Below, in pieces: positions 22,144-35,399 of a DNA stretch of 64,000 nucleotides. The stretch lies in assembly GCA_038087875.1 (NCBI GenBank), contig CM075980.1:63488001-63552000 (forward strand), written 5' to 3'. The translations under genes were made by a program, and so were the position numbers. The notes beneath the pieces are model-generated. The model was not told where the DNA came from. It searched no databases and worked only from the letters and a program-made list of their open reading frames with translations. Source of the stretch: Malacoraja senta. Its lineage: Eukaryota. The stretch's first letter is position 1. Each line of letters opens with the position of its first letter.

Positions 22144-25100
22144 TTTTCTACTGGTGATTGAGCCTGGATGCAACATCTCGATCTTAGTGTTCCATGAGTC
22201 ACCAAGTCATTAAATACTTAGTGATCCAACATCCATTCTGTTTTGACATTGATTTTACATGATGATACACCAGTGCCAAATGAGGTTAGGTAAACCATCC
22301 CTGGATACGTTGACTTGATTGCACCCATGTGATTAACATATGACACCACCAAAGTGTATCAACTTGGACTTGAACATGCTGATTATGCATATTCGCACAA
22401 CCCTTAACCCATAGAATGCACCTAGTGTCTAAAGGTAGTTGATACCATAGAACTGAAGAATAGGTAACTCATGCAAATCCCATCACCTCCGTAACTAGAG
22501 ATGGTATTAGTAATTTCGCATCTTCAAGCACTCGCATCAGTTTGTATACTTACGAAAAGTTAGTGGAGCAATGCTGAATACTGTTCGTCCACCATAGTGA
22601 CTTTCATGGAGGTAAATAACGAGACCCACTTACCAGAGTCTCTAACTCCAGGTCCCTTACCTTTGCTGGAGTTCCAGCGAAATTTCATTCGCAGACTCTG
22701 TCCATGTTGTCATTTCCATTAGATCGCTGATGCGGGTGGCCAACTTCTCTTGTAGTGGCTAGTCCGTCACCGACGGAGCAGCAATTTTAGAAGCAAAGCA
22801 CCGTTTTCCCTCATGTGATTGTCGTGCATTATGCGTTAAGCATGGGACCCCGGCACAGTCATATTCGGGTTCCTGTTTGGAGTCAATCCATACTAACCTT
22901 AGACACTCTTTTAGAGTGGGAGTAATTGCACCTGAACCAGGTGTCACCATCCGTCTCCTCAATTTGTCTGTGCATGCCTCTGTACCAAGCATGTTTTGCG
23001 ACTCCATCTCCCATGGTCTTATAATATATATGGCTCCATCTTCATCCTTTATTCATCCGAATGGGAGGACTTATGCCCTGAACCAGGGGCTGCCTCAGGC
23101 TTGTGTGCATGTATTTTAGCACCATCTCCATCACTGCACTCAACCGAGTGGGAGGAATGGCAACTCTGAACCAGGCGTTGCTTAAGGCACATGTGCATAC
23201 TCCTGAAGCACTCTCTCCACCATTCCGTCATTTGAGTGGGAGGAAATTTGCAACCCTGAAGCAGGAGCTGCTGCCTGACATGCCTTTAGATGGAACGTTC
23301 TTTGACTGCGACGAATCGCAATCTTGTCTGACATAGATGCCCAAGACTTGGCACTCACTCTGAGTTGGGGTTGTCAGGTTGCTTCCTTCAGCAGCTGCCA
23401 GGACTAGCTGTGCAAATCGATGCTCTGTTGGTATCCTCATTCCCCAAACAGGCTGCACGTGCTAGTGACTCCGAATCCTGCTCCTTTCCGATGCCAATGC
23501 AGTATACAGGGAAGGACTGGAGCGCCTCTGGCCCCCGTACGTCAGACATAGTGGGAGAAATGCTGGAACAAAAACCTGCCCCTTATTTGTCATGGGCAAA
23601 GATGTTTACATGAATGAAGACGCCCATCCTAGTTAAATCAGAGATTTGATTACTTTATTGATATGAATAATCGGCGTTTTGGGGAAGAATCTTCCACAGT
23701 CCCTTAATGAGCGGAATTACCATGACGCCACCATGTACAGCTCGCACAGGTGACTGATAGGTATAGATCAACAAGACTTTCCAAGCCAGTGATCTAGACC
23801 GCCATGGCAGGTCCGATTCTACTACACAATTGAAAATAAAATTCTTTCTTGGTTATGATAGTCACAACGTGACCTAGTGGCAACTAAATAAATGACCACA
23901 CTGTATAGCCATACTTTAAAAGAATACACTATAACTAGACCACACAACCCATGTTATGGAAACCCAGACTCATGTACCTGCATAGATACCAGTGGTCTTG
24001 AGGTAAGCCCAAAGGCCCCTGATGTAGGTCCCATTCCCGTCCTTGATTTGGAGGGTAGAACTGCCGAAGTGCGTGGATAGTATATTTCCCCTGAAGGCCA
24101 GCTTGGGCCTAGGCCTGAAGAACTCTGCCGACAGAATCAGTTCCCTGGCTGCTACCAGCTTTAGAAAAAACTACTGCCATAGGAGACGTAAGGGTGATGT
24201 AGCCGTTAGTAACGTGAGGGGAACTCTGGTCCACCCCCCCCGGGTATACTGGAATCTAATGTAGAATGTGCCCTGGACACACTTTCGGGGTTGGGGTCAG
24301 ACACACACTGACCCTTTGCACTCCTCTCCACTGAGGGGAGATTAGAAAGCAGCCCTGAAAACAGGCGCTGCCGTAGTCCCCCGAGGACCTGCGCTGATAT
24401 GGCCCTGATCCGTGGACCATATCAGGATGTGTAGAACGTCTGAGAATGTACCGTAATGACGGAGGGGAACCCTCCTGGCCGGCCTCGTCCAGCCCAGGCC
24501 TCTCTGACTCCGTATAATTGCCCTCCTTTTGGGCTGCCGAAGTCGGGGTCGCTGACCGTACTGTCAGCGAGTCGGGTAGTAAACCCGACAGCCACCGGCA
24601 TTACCCGCGGTCTAAGTACCCCGCGGCCCGAATTTAAAAATCCTCGGGAGTCGCTGACCGCACTGTCAGCGAGTCGGGATGTGGACCCGACGGCCACCGG
24701 CTACTAACTCTACGCCCAACCGTAGCCGGCATCACCCGCGGTCTAAAGTACCCCGCGACGAATTTAAAATTCCTCGGGAGTCGCTGACCGCACTGTCAGC
24801 GACTCGAGCAGCAACCCCAACGGCCACCCACTACCCGCATACCGCGGTCCGTAGCCGGCATCCCCGCGGTCCAATTGGTTTCCCCGCAGTCCGACCGGGT
24901 TACCGTATGCAATATCCCACAGGAAACTCTGCGAGAAGAGTTTCCTGGAACAAAGGACAACCTAAAAAGTAAGTTTAAAACTTACCTGTAGGCTTTTAAA
25001 CTTACTGGTGGAGGAGCAGCGCGCCTGCCCAGCCAGTCGCTGCGCCATGCGTTAGACGTAATGATGTGCATGCGGACTGGCGGGCTCTTCACGTAGTCAC

Positions 25101-25794
25101 TCACGTGATTCCGAAGTAAAATCTGCTTACTTTTCTCTCAGTATTTTGCATGCTTGCATATTTGCTGAACAATTACGAGGAAGCTCCATGTATATTTATA
25201 GTAATGAATCAGTGAACTACTTTTCAGTCAATTTATCAGACAATGTACACTGACAGCACTAATGTATCAAGAATGAAGAATAAATTGAAGGGAGAAATAA
25301 TTATTAATTCAGTACTCCTACTACCCAAAAACCCAAATACTAAAGCCCCTGCTGTAAGTAGAAAATGGCACTGCGGTATTTAAATTTGTGTCATATTTTA
25401 ATGCAGTTTATTTATATATTATGATAAAAGTTGTGTATAACATTTTTATCCTTAAATATTATTGCTATAATAATTTTTATGTCAACATTTAAAATTTATA
25501 ATGGAATTCTTTAGGTAAACATTTATGTAAGTACTTTATAATGGAAAAGTGTGTAAAATTTCACTCGCATGATTTGTTGATAAATCATTTAAATAAAACT
25601 AACATTGGCTACATTTTTAATGTTCCTGAAATTTCAAAAATCCACATGGCTTTAAATCAGTGTTAAAAACTTTTGTATTTCACTTCATTCATTGAATTGT
25701 GTATTTTGATATGTTAAAAAATGTCAAAGATCTAAGCACATGTAAAGTCTCTGGTTTGGATAATGAAATTGCACAAAATAGTGACTATTGATTC

Positions 25795-25955
25795 AAATTT
25801 CCTCCCATAGTCCAAAGACTTGCAAGTTTGTAGGTTAATTGGCCTCTGTAAATTGTGTGCAGGGTAGAACTAGTGTACGAGGTAATCGTTGGTCGGCACG
25901 GACTTAGTGGGCCGATGGGCCTGTTTCCACCTTGTATCTCAAAACTATAAAACTA
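25795..25955 (+). mobile_element. HE1-type V-SINE 3' fragment
   Basis: tttcctccca...tccaaagac...gtttgtaggttaattggc...gggccgatgggcctgtttcc...tgtatctc, as in 36860-37372. Confidence 0.75.
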
Positions 25956-25984
25956 CAACTGAAACTTCCTAATCAAGAACCTAT

Positions 25985-26825
25985 TACTCTCTGCCTTAAA
26001 AATACCAAAAGTCTTGGCCTCCACAACTATCTGTGGCAATGAATACCACAGTTTTACCATCCTCAGGCAAAATAAATTCCTCCTCATTTCCATTTTTTTA
26101 TTCTGAGGCTGTGTCCTCTGGTTCTAAATTATCCCATTACTAGAAACATACTTTCACTCAACATACTCAAACATACTTTCACTCAATATAGACCTTTCAT
26201 TATCCAGTAGGTTTCAATGAGATCCCTCCACATCCTGCTAAACTCCAATGAGTACAGACCTAGAGCTATCAAATGATTCTCATACTTGAACACAATGATC
26301 CCCGGGATCATTCTCTTCTGGAGCCTCTCCAAAGCCAGCACATACTTCCTTAGATATAGGGCCCAAGACTTCTTACAATATTCCTAATGTGGCCTCACTA
26401 GTGCCTGATAAAACCTCAGAATTACATCCTTGCTTTTATATTCTAGTCCTCTCAAAATTAATGCTAGCATTGCATTTGCCTTCCTTACCGCAAACTCAAT
26501 CTGCAAATTAATCTTTTGGAATCCTGCATCAGTACTCCCAAGTCCCTTTGTACCTCGATTTTTAAATCTTATCTGCATTTAGAAAATAGTCTACATCTTT
26601 ATTCCTTTTACTAAAGTGCATGACTTTGTGTACACTTCTAAAGTGTACACTTTGCTGCACTGTATTGCATTTGCCACTGCTTTGCCCACTCTCCCAACCT
26701 GTCCAAGTCCTTCTGCAGCCTCCCTGCTTCCTCAACACTACCTGCCCCTCCACTTATCTTCCCGATGAACCAAAAAAGTACCCCTTTATACCCACTCTTT
26801 GCCTTCTGCCAGTCAGCCAATCTTT
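25985..26825 (-). mobile_element. Decayed CR1 LINE fragment
   Basis: ORFs with RLQKDLDRLGEWAKQWQMQY and VRKANAMLALILRGLEYKSKDV. Confidence 0.85.
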
Positions 26826-28169
26826 TCTCTGAATTCAAAACCTTCAATATCCAAAAATAATTTGCATCCATCTTGAAGAGTACCTATTTTTAAACTTTAT
26901 TGACAAAGCAACAGCATTGCCATACTTTGATTTATTTTTGACAAAGCTATTCCTTACAACCATCTCCCATATCCTCCATCTTCCCAAACAATCCCTCTAT
27001 CTCTGGCTTTTGAGCCTACTCAAAGTTTGCAGCAATAGTCTGCCACACAGCAAAAAGCAGTTATTACACCCTCCAAGTTTGTGTTGTGTATCCATTTACA
27101 CTAATTGTACATTAATCCTATTCAATTGTGTACAATCTAATTAAGCCAGTCATCTGTTATAGACCTTGTATATTATATATGAATTGTATTGAATGGTCAA
27201 AGCCTCTATTCCGAAAAAAAGCATCTATCTTCCTTTTGATTTTTATTTATTCACAAGACAGCATCAGCAACATCATGGCTTGTTTTCACTTTTGTAATGT
27301 AATAATCTCATGTATCAACCTTATTTTGGTTTAATCTGAGAAAAATTCATACCTAGTTTCCAAAATGCTAAAAAAGTATGGTAGGTTTCAACCTATGCCT
27401 TTTAGCAACCATTCTCTGCTTTCATAACAACTTAGGTAGTGAAACTGTAAAGGTGGAATGTTAAAACCAAGCAAAACATAAAGTGCTGGAGTAACTCAGT
27501 GGGTCAGGTGGCTTCTGTGGAGGGAATGGATAGGCTGAAATTGATGGAAGTCCCATTGTCCCATTGATGGAAGTCCCATTGCATTTAAAATTCAAATTTA
27601 TAATATCAGAAATTTGCAAAACCAGAACATTGGTCTGAATGAATCCAATGCAGAACTATTAACACAAATGAATGCTGGCTTTCCGATCTGAGGGGGCTAG
27701 TAAAACAGACAGGACAGACTAAGCATCTACCTATAATTTTCATCTTAACTCTTCGGTTCCTGAGTAGCAGACAACAAGAAAACCATACGACATTTGCCTT
27801 ACTTACAGGTGGTTGATAACTTTGCATTTTGAATGACTGGGTATTCAGTTCTTAAATAACAGTAACCAACTTTGCCTACTCTTCGGGAGTACAGAAGACA
27901 CGTGATGGTACTGCTAGAGGAAAGTGTGGATAAACCAAAGTGAGGTGTATATTGGATAAGTGTAAATGAAGCAGTTCCATCTGATGGCTGTTTAGAATTG
28001 TAGGAAACTTTTTTGTCAGCTGGCCACTAAAGCACTTTATCAACAATGAAATTGCATATCATAGGGTTTAATCGTTAGTTCACCGGACAAAACTGGTAAA
28101 TATTACCAGATCAGCACTGGACAGCAGTAAGTGCTTTTGGCCCCTCTTATTCTTAAAATAAGAATAAGA

Positions 28170-29400
28170 CCCACCATCCAGGTCATGCCCACTTCTTACT
28201 ACTACCATGGGCAGGAGGTACAGAAGCCTAAAGTCCTACACCACCAGGTAGAGGAACAGCTACATTTCTATAACAATCAGGTTTTTAGATCATGATCATA
28301 TGAAGTAAGAGCAGAATTAAGCCATTTGGCCCATCAACTTTGCTGCACCATTTGATTATGGCTGATTTATATTTCCCTCTCCAGCCCATTCACCTGCCTT
28401 CTCCCTGTAACCTTTGACATCCTTGCCAGTACAACCTTGCTTAGATATGGGGCCCAAAACTGCTCACAATATTCCAAATGTGGCCTTGACCAGCACCTTA
28501 TAAAACCTCAGCATTACAATCCTGCTTTTATATTGTGGTCCTCTCGAAATGATTGCTAACATTGCATTTGCCATCCTTACTATCTACTCAACCTGCAAAT
28601 TAACCTTTTGGGAATCCTACATCGGCACCTCCAATTTCTGAATCCTTTCCCCATATAGAAAATATGACACCTTAATTTATTCTACAAAAGTGCATGACTA
28701 TGCACTGCTACAATGTATACCATTTTCCAATTCTTTGTCCATTCTTCCTACCTGTCCAAGTTCTTCTGCAGACTCCCTGCTTCCTCAACAATACCTGCCC
28801 CTGACAAAGATGACAATTCATGTAATCTGCAAAATTAACCTCAGAGCCATCAATTCCCTCATCCAGATTGGAACACTGCTAGTCACCGGCAGCCAACCAG
28901 AAAAGCCCCACTTTATTCCACTCTTCGCCATCTGCTAGTCAAATAATTTTCTATCCATGCTAATACCTTGCTTCTAATACCATGGTCATCTATCTTGTTT
29001 AACAACCTCACGTGCAGCACTTTATATCAAAGGCCTTCTGAAACTGACTTGCACAACCTTAATCACACCTCACCAATGGAATTCTGCAGACCACCTCACG
29101 CTCTACCATGGCGTTGTTTTGCTCTGATGCCTTTATTTTTTGTATCTGTTTCTTTTCAATGTCTTGTAGAATTTATATGTAATTTATGTTCAATTTAAGT
29201 GACATTTATGATTTTATTTTGTTGGTTATGTACTTATGATGTTTTTTGGGGGTTGTTTTTCATATGGCTGTATGGTAATTCGCATATCACTGTACCTTAA
29301 TTGGAACGTGACAATAAAAGACCTTTGAAACCTTTGATGTTGCTATAAGCAAGATTTTATTTCTACCAGTACCTCACCCTGCTTGTGCATATGACAATAA
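28170..29400. mobile_element. Composite of Rex1-like LINE remnants (+) and a decayed CR1 fragment (-, about 28300-29050)
   Basis: Decayed DPHHPGH...GRRYRSL...TTR.RNS Rex1 C-terminal signature at 28170-28270. CR1 tail and RT remnants resemble 10760-11848. Confidence 0.6.
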
Positions 29401-29769
29401 ACTCAAATCCAATAAAACATTTTGTTTTGTTTTATCTTCCTATTCCCATTTCTTGCTTTTAAAGTTGCTTTATGAGGGCTTACAATTCCTGTATTAAATT
29501 CATTTTCTGTGTAATTTTGTTTATTGGATGTACATCCATATAATGTTTTTCCTAGTATCGTTGATGTATCCATGGCAGCAGATTTCCATTGCTAACTTCT
29601 TCTAATCACACCACCGGTATGTCTACTGCAGTGAGATCTAAATTGATGCAGAGCAATATATTAAAAATATATTAGCTGTCCCATTGATTGACCTATCATT
29701 CTATATTTTAAGGACCTATGGAGGTCTAAAATCCTTTAATTCCCCTCATCTTTCAATTTTCTGCTATTA

Positions 29770-30070
29770 ATCATAGAACCATAGTCATACAGATGGAAAT
29801 GGGCTCCACAGCCCAACTTGCACCTGTCGATCAAGATGCCCCATCTATGCTAGTCACACCTGCCCAAGTGTGGCCCTTATCCCTCTAAACCTTCCTATCC
29901 ATGTACCTGTCCAAATGTCTTAAATGTTATTATTGTACCTGCCTCAACTATGTCCTCTGGCAGCATATTCCATATACCTACCACCCTGTGTGTGAAAAAG
30001 TTGCCTCTCAGGTTCTTATCAAATCTTTCCCCTCTCACCTTCAACCCATGTGCTCTGGTTCTTGATATTA
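29770..30070 (-). mobile_element. CR1 3' fragment
   Basis: cctctggcagcatattccatatacctaccaccctgtgtgtgaaaaagttgcc is antisense to the FFTQRVV..WN motif. Confidence 0.75.
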
Positions 30071-30844
30071 GCAATGTTATTTATTGTAAATCCCTTGCCT
30101 TTTGTGCCTCTTCCACTGCATTACCCCATATTTCTCAGGATTAAACTTAATTTGCTTTTTTTCAGCCTAACCAACTGGACTATCCCTTTCTTCCTACAGT
30201 CCTACAGTCAAACTAACACCAATTATTATATACCACATAAATGCTGCCTTACCCGCTGAGTTTCTCCAGCATTTTTGTCTACCTTCGATTTTCCAGCATC
30301 TGCAGTTCCTTCTTAAACACCAATTATTAGATCGCCTGAAAACAGCATACTGTGCCTACCAAGTGGCAAGGATTTATATATTACAAAAAGCAAGAGACCA
30401 GATAATGTGCTCGGTGGAACCCTACTGGTAACGGTTTTCCAAGTACAAAAGTACCTATCAACCATTACATTTTACTTCCATAGCTAATTTTGGATCCAAT
30501 GTGCCACTCTCCTTTGTATCTCGTATGTTTTTCCTTTTGACCAGCGTGCCTTTAGGGAGTTGTCAAAAGACTTGCTGAAATCCATGTAGGCAATATTAAA
30601 TGCATTCTCCTCATTGTTTCTCTTTGTTACCTCCTCAAAAGAATATAAAGCATTTGTCATACGCGGCAGCTCAGTTTTCTTAGGAGGAACATGTTTACTT
30701 TGAATTACTTGAATCCCCTTTTTAAAGGGGGATTGCTAGTCAGTCCCCTTCTGTGACTGACTTGCAATTAAGTAACTAGCTACAATCCTCTTTTGATAAA
30801 TTACTTCTCTGTCTAGTAAAATAGACCTTACCTTAATTTTTAAT

Positions 30845-31640
30845 TCAGCGAGACTCCTGGATGCCAGGATCAAGAATGTCGGAACAGGCAGAGAACATTC
30901 TAAAAGGGAAGGCTGTGCACCCAGGGATTGTGGTCGTTATTGGTTTCGGCAACATTGACCAGGTGACAGATGACGTCCTGTTCAGAAAATTTAGCAAGTT
31001 AGGTAGTAAGTTGAAAAGCAGGATCTCTGAAGTTGTCATCTCAGAATTCCATCCTATGCCACAAGCTGGTGAGGCAAGGAACTGGAAGATGGCACAGATA
31101 AATGTGTGGCTCAGGATCTGATTCCGGGGCTGGGGGCTTTCAGGTATATGGATTATTGGAGTCTCTTCCAGATATGGTGGGACCTGTAGAGGAGCGATGG
31201 GTTGCATCTGAACTGGAAGAACACCAATATCCTGGCTGGGAGATTTGTTACTGCTGCTTGTTAGTGTTTAAACTCAGCTGGCTGGGTAGTGAAACCCAAA
31301 CCAATAGTGTGGCAGATGGGGAAATAGAGTCTGATGTAGATGTTAATGTGAGTAAATTCAGTTGAGAGAACAGGCCGTGTCAAGTCAGGGAGAGAGGAAG
31401 GTTTGATAGACTAAACTGCATTTATTTTGATGCACAGAGCCTTATGGGTAAGGCAGATAAACTCAGGGCCTGGGATATTTTGGCCATAACAGAAACATGA
31501 CTGGGAGAGGGACAGGACTGGCAACGCAATGTTCCAGGGTACAGGCATGATAGAGTTGCAAGTAAGAGAGGAGAAGAAGTGTGTTTTTGATTAGGGTGAA
31601 CTGCAGTAGTACTTAGAGAGGAGATTCTTGGGGGAACTTT
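30845..31640 (+). mobile_element. CR1 ORF1 (SGNH esterase-like) and start of ORF2 endonuclease, decayed
   Basis: PG.R...SEQAENILKG...VVV.IG..NI...KLGSKLKSRISEVVISE...DGLHLN, followed by C.YF.A.SL..KA..L...DILAITETW-like sequence. Confidence 0.8.
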
Positions 31641-33769
31641 GCTCTTTATTTCCCTCAGACTCAGGTGTAACCTATAGTTGTGCAGCTCATGAAAGCGATT
31701 GATGCCTTTTTTTCATTAGCTGAACCTACATAGTCTCATTCCTTAATCCTTCTGACATATCCTCCCCTTTTCACAGCTGTAGTTGTCGCTTTAATCAATG
31801 TTGGCACTTCCCCTCTTGTTGTAACATCTCATTTAAGATATAGTGCTGAAAGTGGAGTCCCCTCCTCACTTGCCAGATAAAATGCTTCCGCATCACCTTG
31901 TCTGATTTTAGATGACCTGTCGTTCCTCTTCCCATAGTGAGATATGTTTGTTCCCAAAGGTATTTTCATCTTGAAGCCTGCAATATACTGGTCATTTACT
32001 GGTTTCTGACCAATCTTGATTTGCATCCACCCTAACCCTAACCCACAACATCATAATTCCACATGCTGATCCACATCTAAGTTGTTTGAAATTACCTGGA
32101 AGGCTGTTTTAAGTGATAATATTTCAAATTAAATTCAATCATATAATACAAAACCTTTTATTTTGCAATATAGTTATCAAGTCCATACAATTATCAGATC
32201 TTCACACACACAATTGCAGACACATAGCATTGTAACAAGCCTTGTATCCACAACATACACATTTGCATTTTATCAACCATCACTCAAACTTGCTGTTGGA
32301 TATTTACTGACACATTTCCTTGTTTCTTGCAAATAAAAGTGATGTGTAACCAAGTAACTTGAAAGAATTAGAGAAAAATATGTTTTGACCCGCATGAAGA
32401 AGCCAATTCTGATAATGGCTGTCAGAGGCTGGAGATAAGATTTTTGACATCCATTCCTCTTCTTGCATCCTCATCTCCCTGATCCCATACATTCTGATGA
32501 GTCAGAAGTTGCATATGATGATCTGCGACAAGTTTGAACAATTTCTTCATCACAACCCAAACCTAGTCCTTTAAAATTTCTGACATACCACGCCTTTCTG
32601 GACAGAAGGGGCAAGAACAAGATAATGAAGTTGAAGAGATGTTGTCACATTAGTCAGGGTATTCAGTCTAGAAGTTGTGATGTTGTATTCCAATTGTAAA
32701 AAACGTCGATGAGGCTGCATTTGGAGTTTTGGTCACCCTGCTATAGGAAGGATGTTGTTAAACTGGAAAAAGTGCAGAGTAAATTTACGATATTGCCAGG
32801 ACTTGCGGGCCTGATCTATAGGGAGAGGATGGACAGATTAGGATTTTATTCCTTGGAGCATTGACCCAACAACCTGGGAAATATATTGCCTTTGTCCCAT
32901 CCATAGTAAGCAGAACAATATGACTCTAACTACAGTAGTTATTTATTCCCCAAATCAATCTACTTTCAATCACTAATAAAATTATGAAAGGTGTCATTGT
33001 GCTCTAAAATCAATCACCTCTTACTGATTTTCAGTTTGAGACTATCCAGGACCTCATGCCAGCTCATTTTCAGACCTAGATCTCATTATAGTCTTGGTTG
33101 AAACGTGCTGAAATCCAGCAATGAAGTGTGAATGATTACGTTAAACATCCAGGTAACATGGGAAACAGTGTAAAGGGCACTCAAAGGGTCTCAAGTAGAG
33201 AATAATATAGTTGGTGTCATGTCTTGTTTAAAGAAGATTGGTTGGTGTTTGCTAAATATGATGCCCCAGCACATCATTGAAGAAGTTCATCAGGTCAGTA
33301 TCCTAGACCCAGTCATCATTGGTGTTCCATCACCTTTTTTCCATTGTACAATCAGAAGGGAGATTAATTAATGATTGCAAATGCACAATATGAAATAATC
33401 CATGCCTACATGAAACAAGACGTCAAACATGTTGAGAAACAAGTATTTTTGGTACCACACAAGTGTCAGGTAATGAAAACATTCAACAAGAGTGATTCTA
33501 ACAATCTATCTTCAGCCAACGGCATTCACTCACCTATATTGAACAGCACCAACCAGTCTACAAATAAACATTAATTTGATTTCTCCATTTATTGAGTGAA
33601 AACCTTTTCTGTGGTGCATGTGCAGACCCAAGTGATGGCTTCATGTTGACCAGTGGCTCTTTAATAGGTACACATATTAAAGCTTGGATAAAAATAATTA
33701 AATTACATGAAAGTGTTAATTCCATGCCAGTGAAGGAGAAAGGAGATTGTGAATGTCTATTGGAAGAAA

Positions 33770-34890
33770 TATGAAGAAACGAGGAACTGCAGATACTGTT
33801 TACATAAAGTGTTGGAGTAACTTAACGGGTCCACAGCATCTCTAGAGAACAACGATAGGTAATGTTTCAGGTCGTGATCCTTCTTCAGACTGATTGTGGG
33901 TAAAAAAAGCTGGAAAAAAGGAGGTGCAGGACAAAGCCTGGCAGGTAATAGATGGATATTGGTGAGGTGGATTTTTGATCGACAGATGGTTGGACAAAGG
34001 CCAGAGATAAAAAAGACAGATGGTGTGAGACTGAAGGATTGAAGAATTGCAAATTGTGAAGCTAGAGGAAGGAATGTAAGTGGAAAGGGGGAGGGGAAAA
34101 ATACATGCAAGCCCAGGTGTGGCACAAAGGAGAGAGGGGGAGAGAGGTGAGGGGAGGTGGTTTTGAAGTTACCTAAAAATTGAGAATTCAATGTTATCCA
34201 AGCGGAATACGAGGTGCTGCTCCTCCAGTTTTGCGTGTGGCCCCACTTTGGTCATGGAGGGGGCCCAGGCCAGAAAGATCAGTATGGGAATGGGAAGAGG
34301 GGATAAAATGGGTAACAACTGGCCTGGGCGGAGTGGTCGCCGAGATTATGCTTGGCCTCGCCAAAGTAGCGGAGACTAAATTGGGGGGCAATGCAGTAGA
34401 TGAGGTTCGAAGAGGTAAGATTGAATCTCTTTCTCACCTGGAAGGACAGCTGGATGGATCCCTGGATGAAGAAGAGGGAGGAGGTATAAGGGCACGTGTA
34501 ACATCCCTTGCGATTGCAGGAGAAAGTCTTGGACTACTGAGATATCCTATTTCTTTAGTAAACGTGGTTTCCTTCCTGCTGTATTAGATAGATCCTTCTC
34601 CCCTATCTGTATCCCGTAGTTCTGCCCTCGCTTCCCCTACCCCTCCCCCCCCCCCCCCCCCCAATGGAACAATGGTATTCTTCCCCTGGTCCTCATCTTT
34701 CATCCCACCAGCCTCCACATGCAACACATTATCCTCTGACATTTCCTTCACCTCCACCAGGATCCCACCACCAATCACATCTTCCCATCCCCACCCATAT
34801 CTGCCATCTGCAAAGACCGCTCCCTCCACAACTCTTTGGTTCACTCATCCCTTCCCACCCAAACCACCCCATCCCCTGTTACTTTCCCCA
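33770..34890. mobile_element. Decayed Penelope element in inverted arrangement (33770-34530 minus, 34590-34890 plus)
   Basis: The left part matches the 3' end of the 53129-54540 element on the minus strand. The right part matches its upstream P.VLTFHPTS...RDPTT.HIFPS coding segment on the plus strand. Confidence 0.75.
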
Positions 34891-35399
34891 GCATTTTCTT
34901 CTGTGGAAGAAGTATGAACATTCTAAATCAGGCAGCCAATACAGCCATTTGAAAGAGAGTTGATGATTTGTGGAATATATCTTTGGAATGGGCCGCCTGA
35001 TAAGTTAGTGAGCTGGTGTATTCCTGGGCAGAGGCAGAAGGCGGTGGAATGTACTTTACAATACTTGTTCTCTTTTGCTGCCAAATCTTTGATTGAGGCG
35101 GTTTCAATCTCAGTTTGCATGCAGTACATCTCAACAGGGGATGGGAGAATTATGGCAGGGAAAGTTCACTTAACCTATCATTATAGTAATTTGTTAGGGG
35201 AGGGGGGGGAACGGGAGCGAGGTTTGACTTTATTGAAACAGAATATTTTGTTACTTAGTCCCTGAGGTGCAGTGAGGGTGGATATTTATATTCCTGGTAT
35301 TGCTAGTTACCCAGTTCTGATAAGAGATGTATGTACGTTTAACTTACTTTTAGCCTTTCTAGAATAATGAGTGATTATTAACAATTAGAGGGTGTTTTT

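Larger units (their letters stand above)
18061..25118 (-). mobile_element. DIRS1-type retrotransposon copy 2: both termini and ICR present, RT absent, interrupted by Tc1
   Basis: Right ITR about 18061-18170; ICR about 18283-18395 joins the complements of both ends; left end ...tcacgtgattccgaagta at 25118. Decayed YR (DVPLYHILASAGWSNE at 18572-18769), MT-like remnant (AVAIDALSLHW; QPWFP) and RNase H (IQTDASA near 22535). Confidence 0.92.

Noticed and set aside
21934-22213. IYIYIY-containing ORFs
   Set aside because: They are translations of the (TA)n tract.
27807-27913. Candidate host exons with plausible splice sites (also about 31870-31978 minus, 32400-32600 minus, 36132-36285 plus)
   Set aside because: No recognisable protein in any frame and no consistent exon chain; cannot be supported without RNA data.
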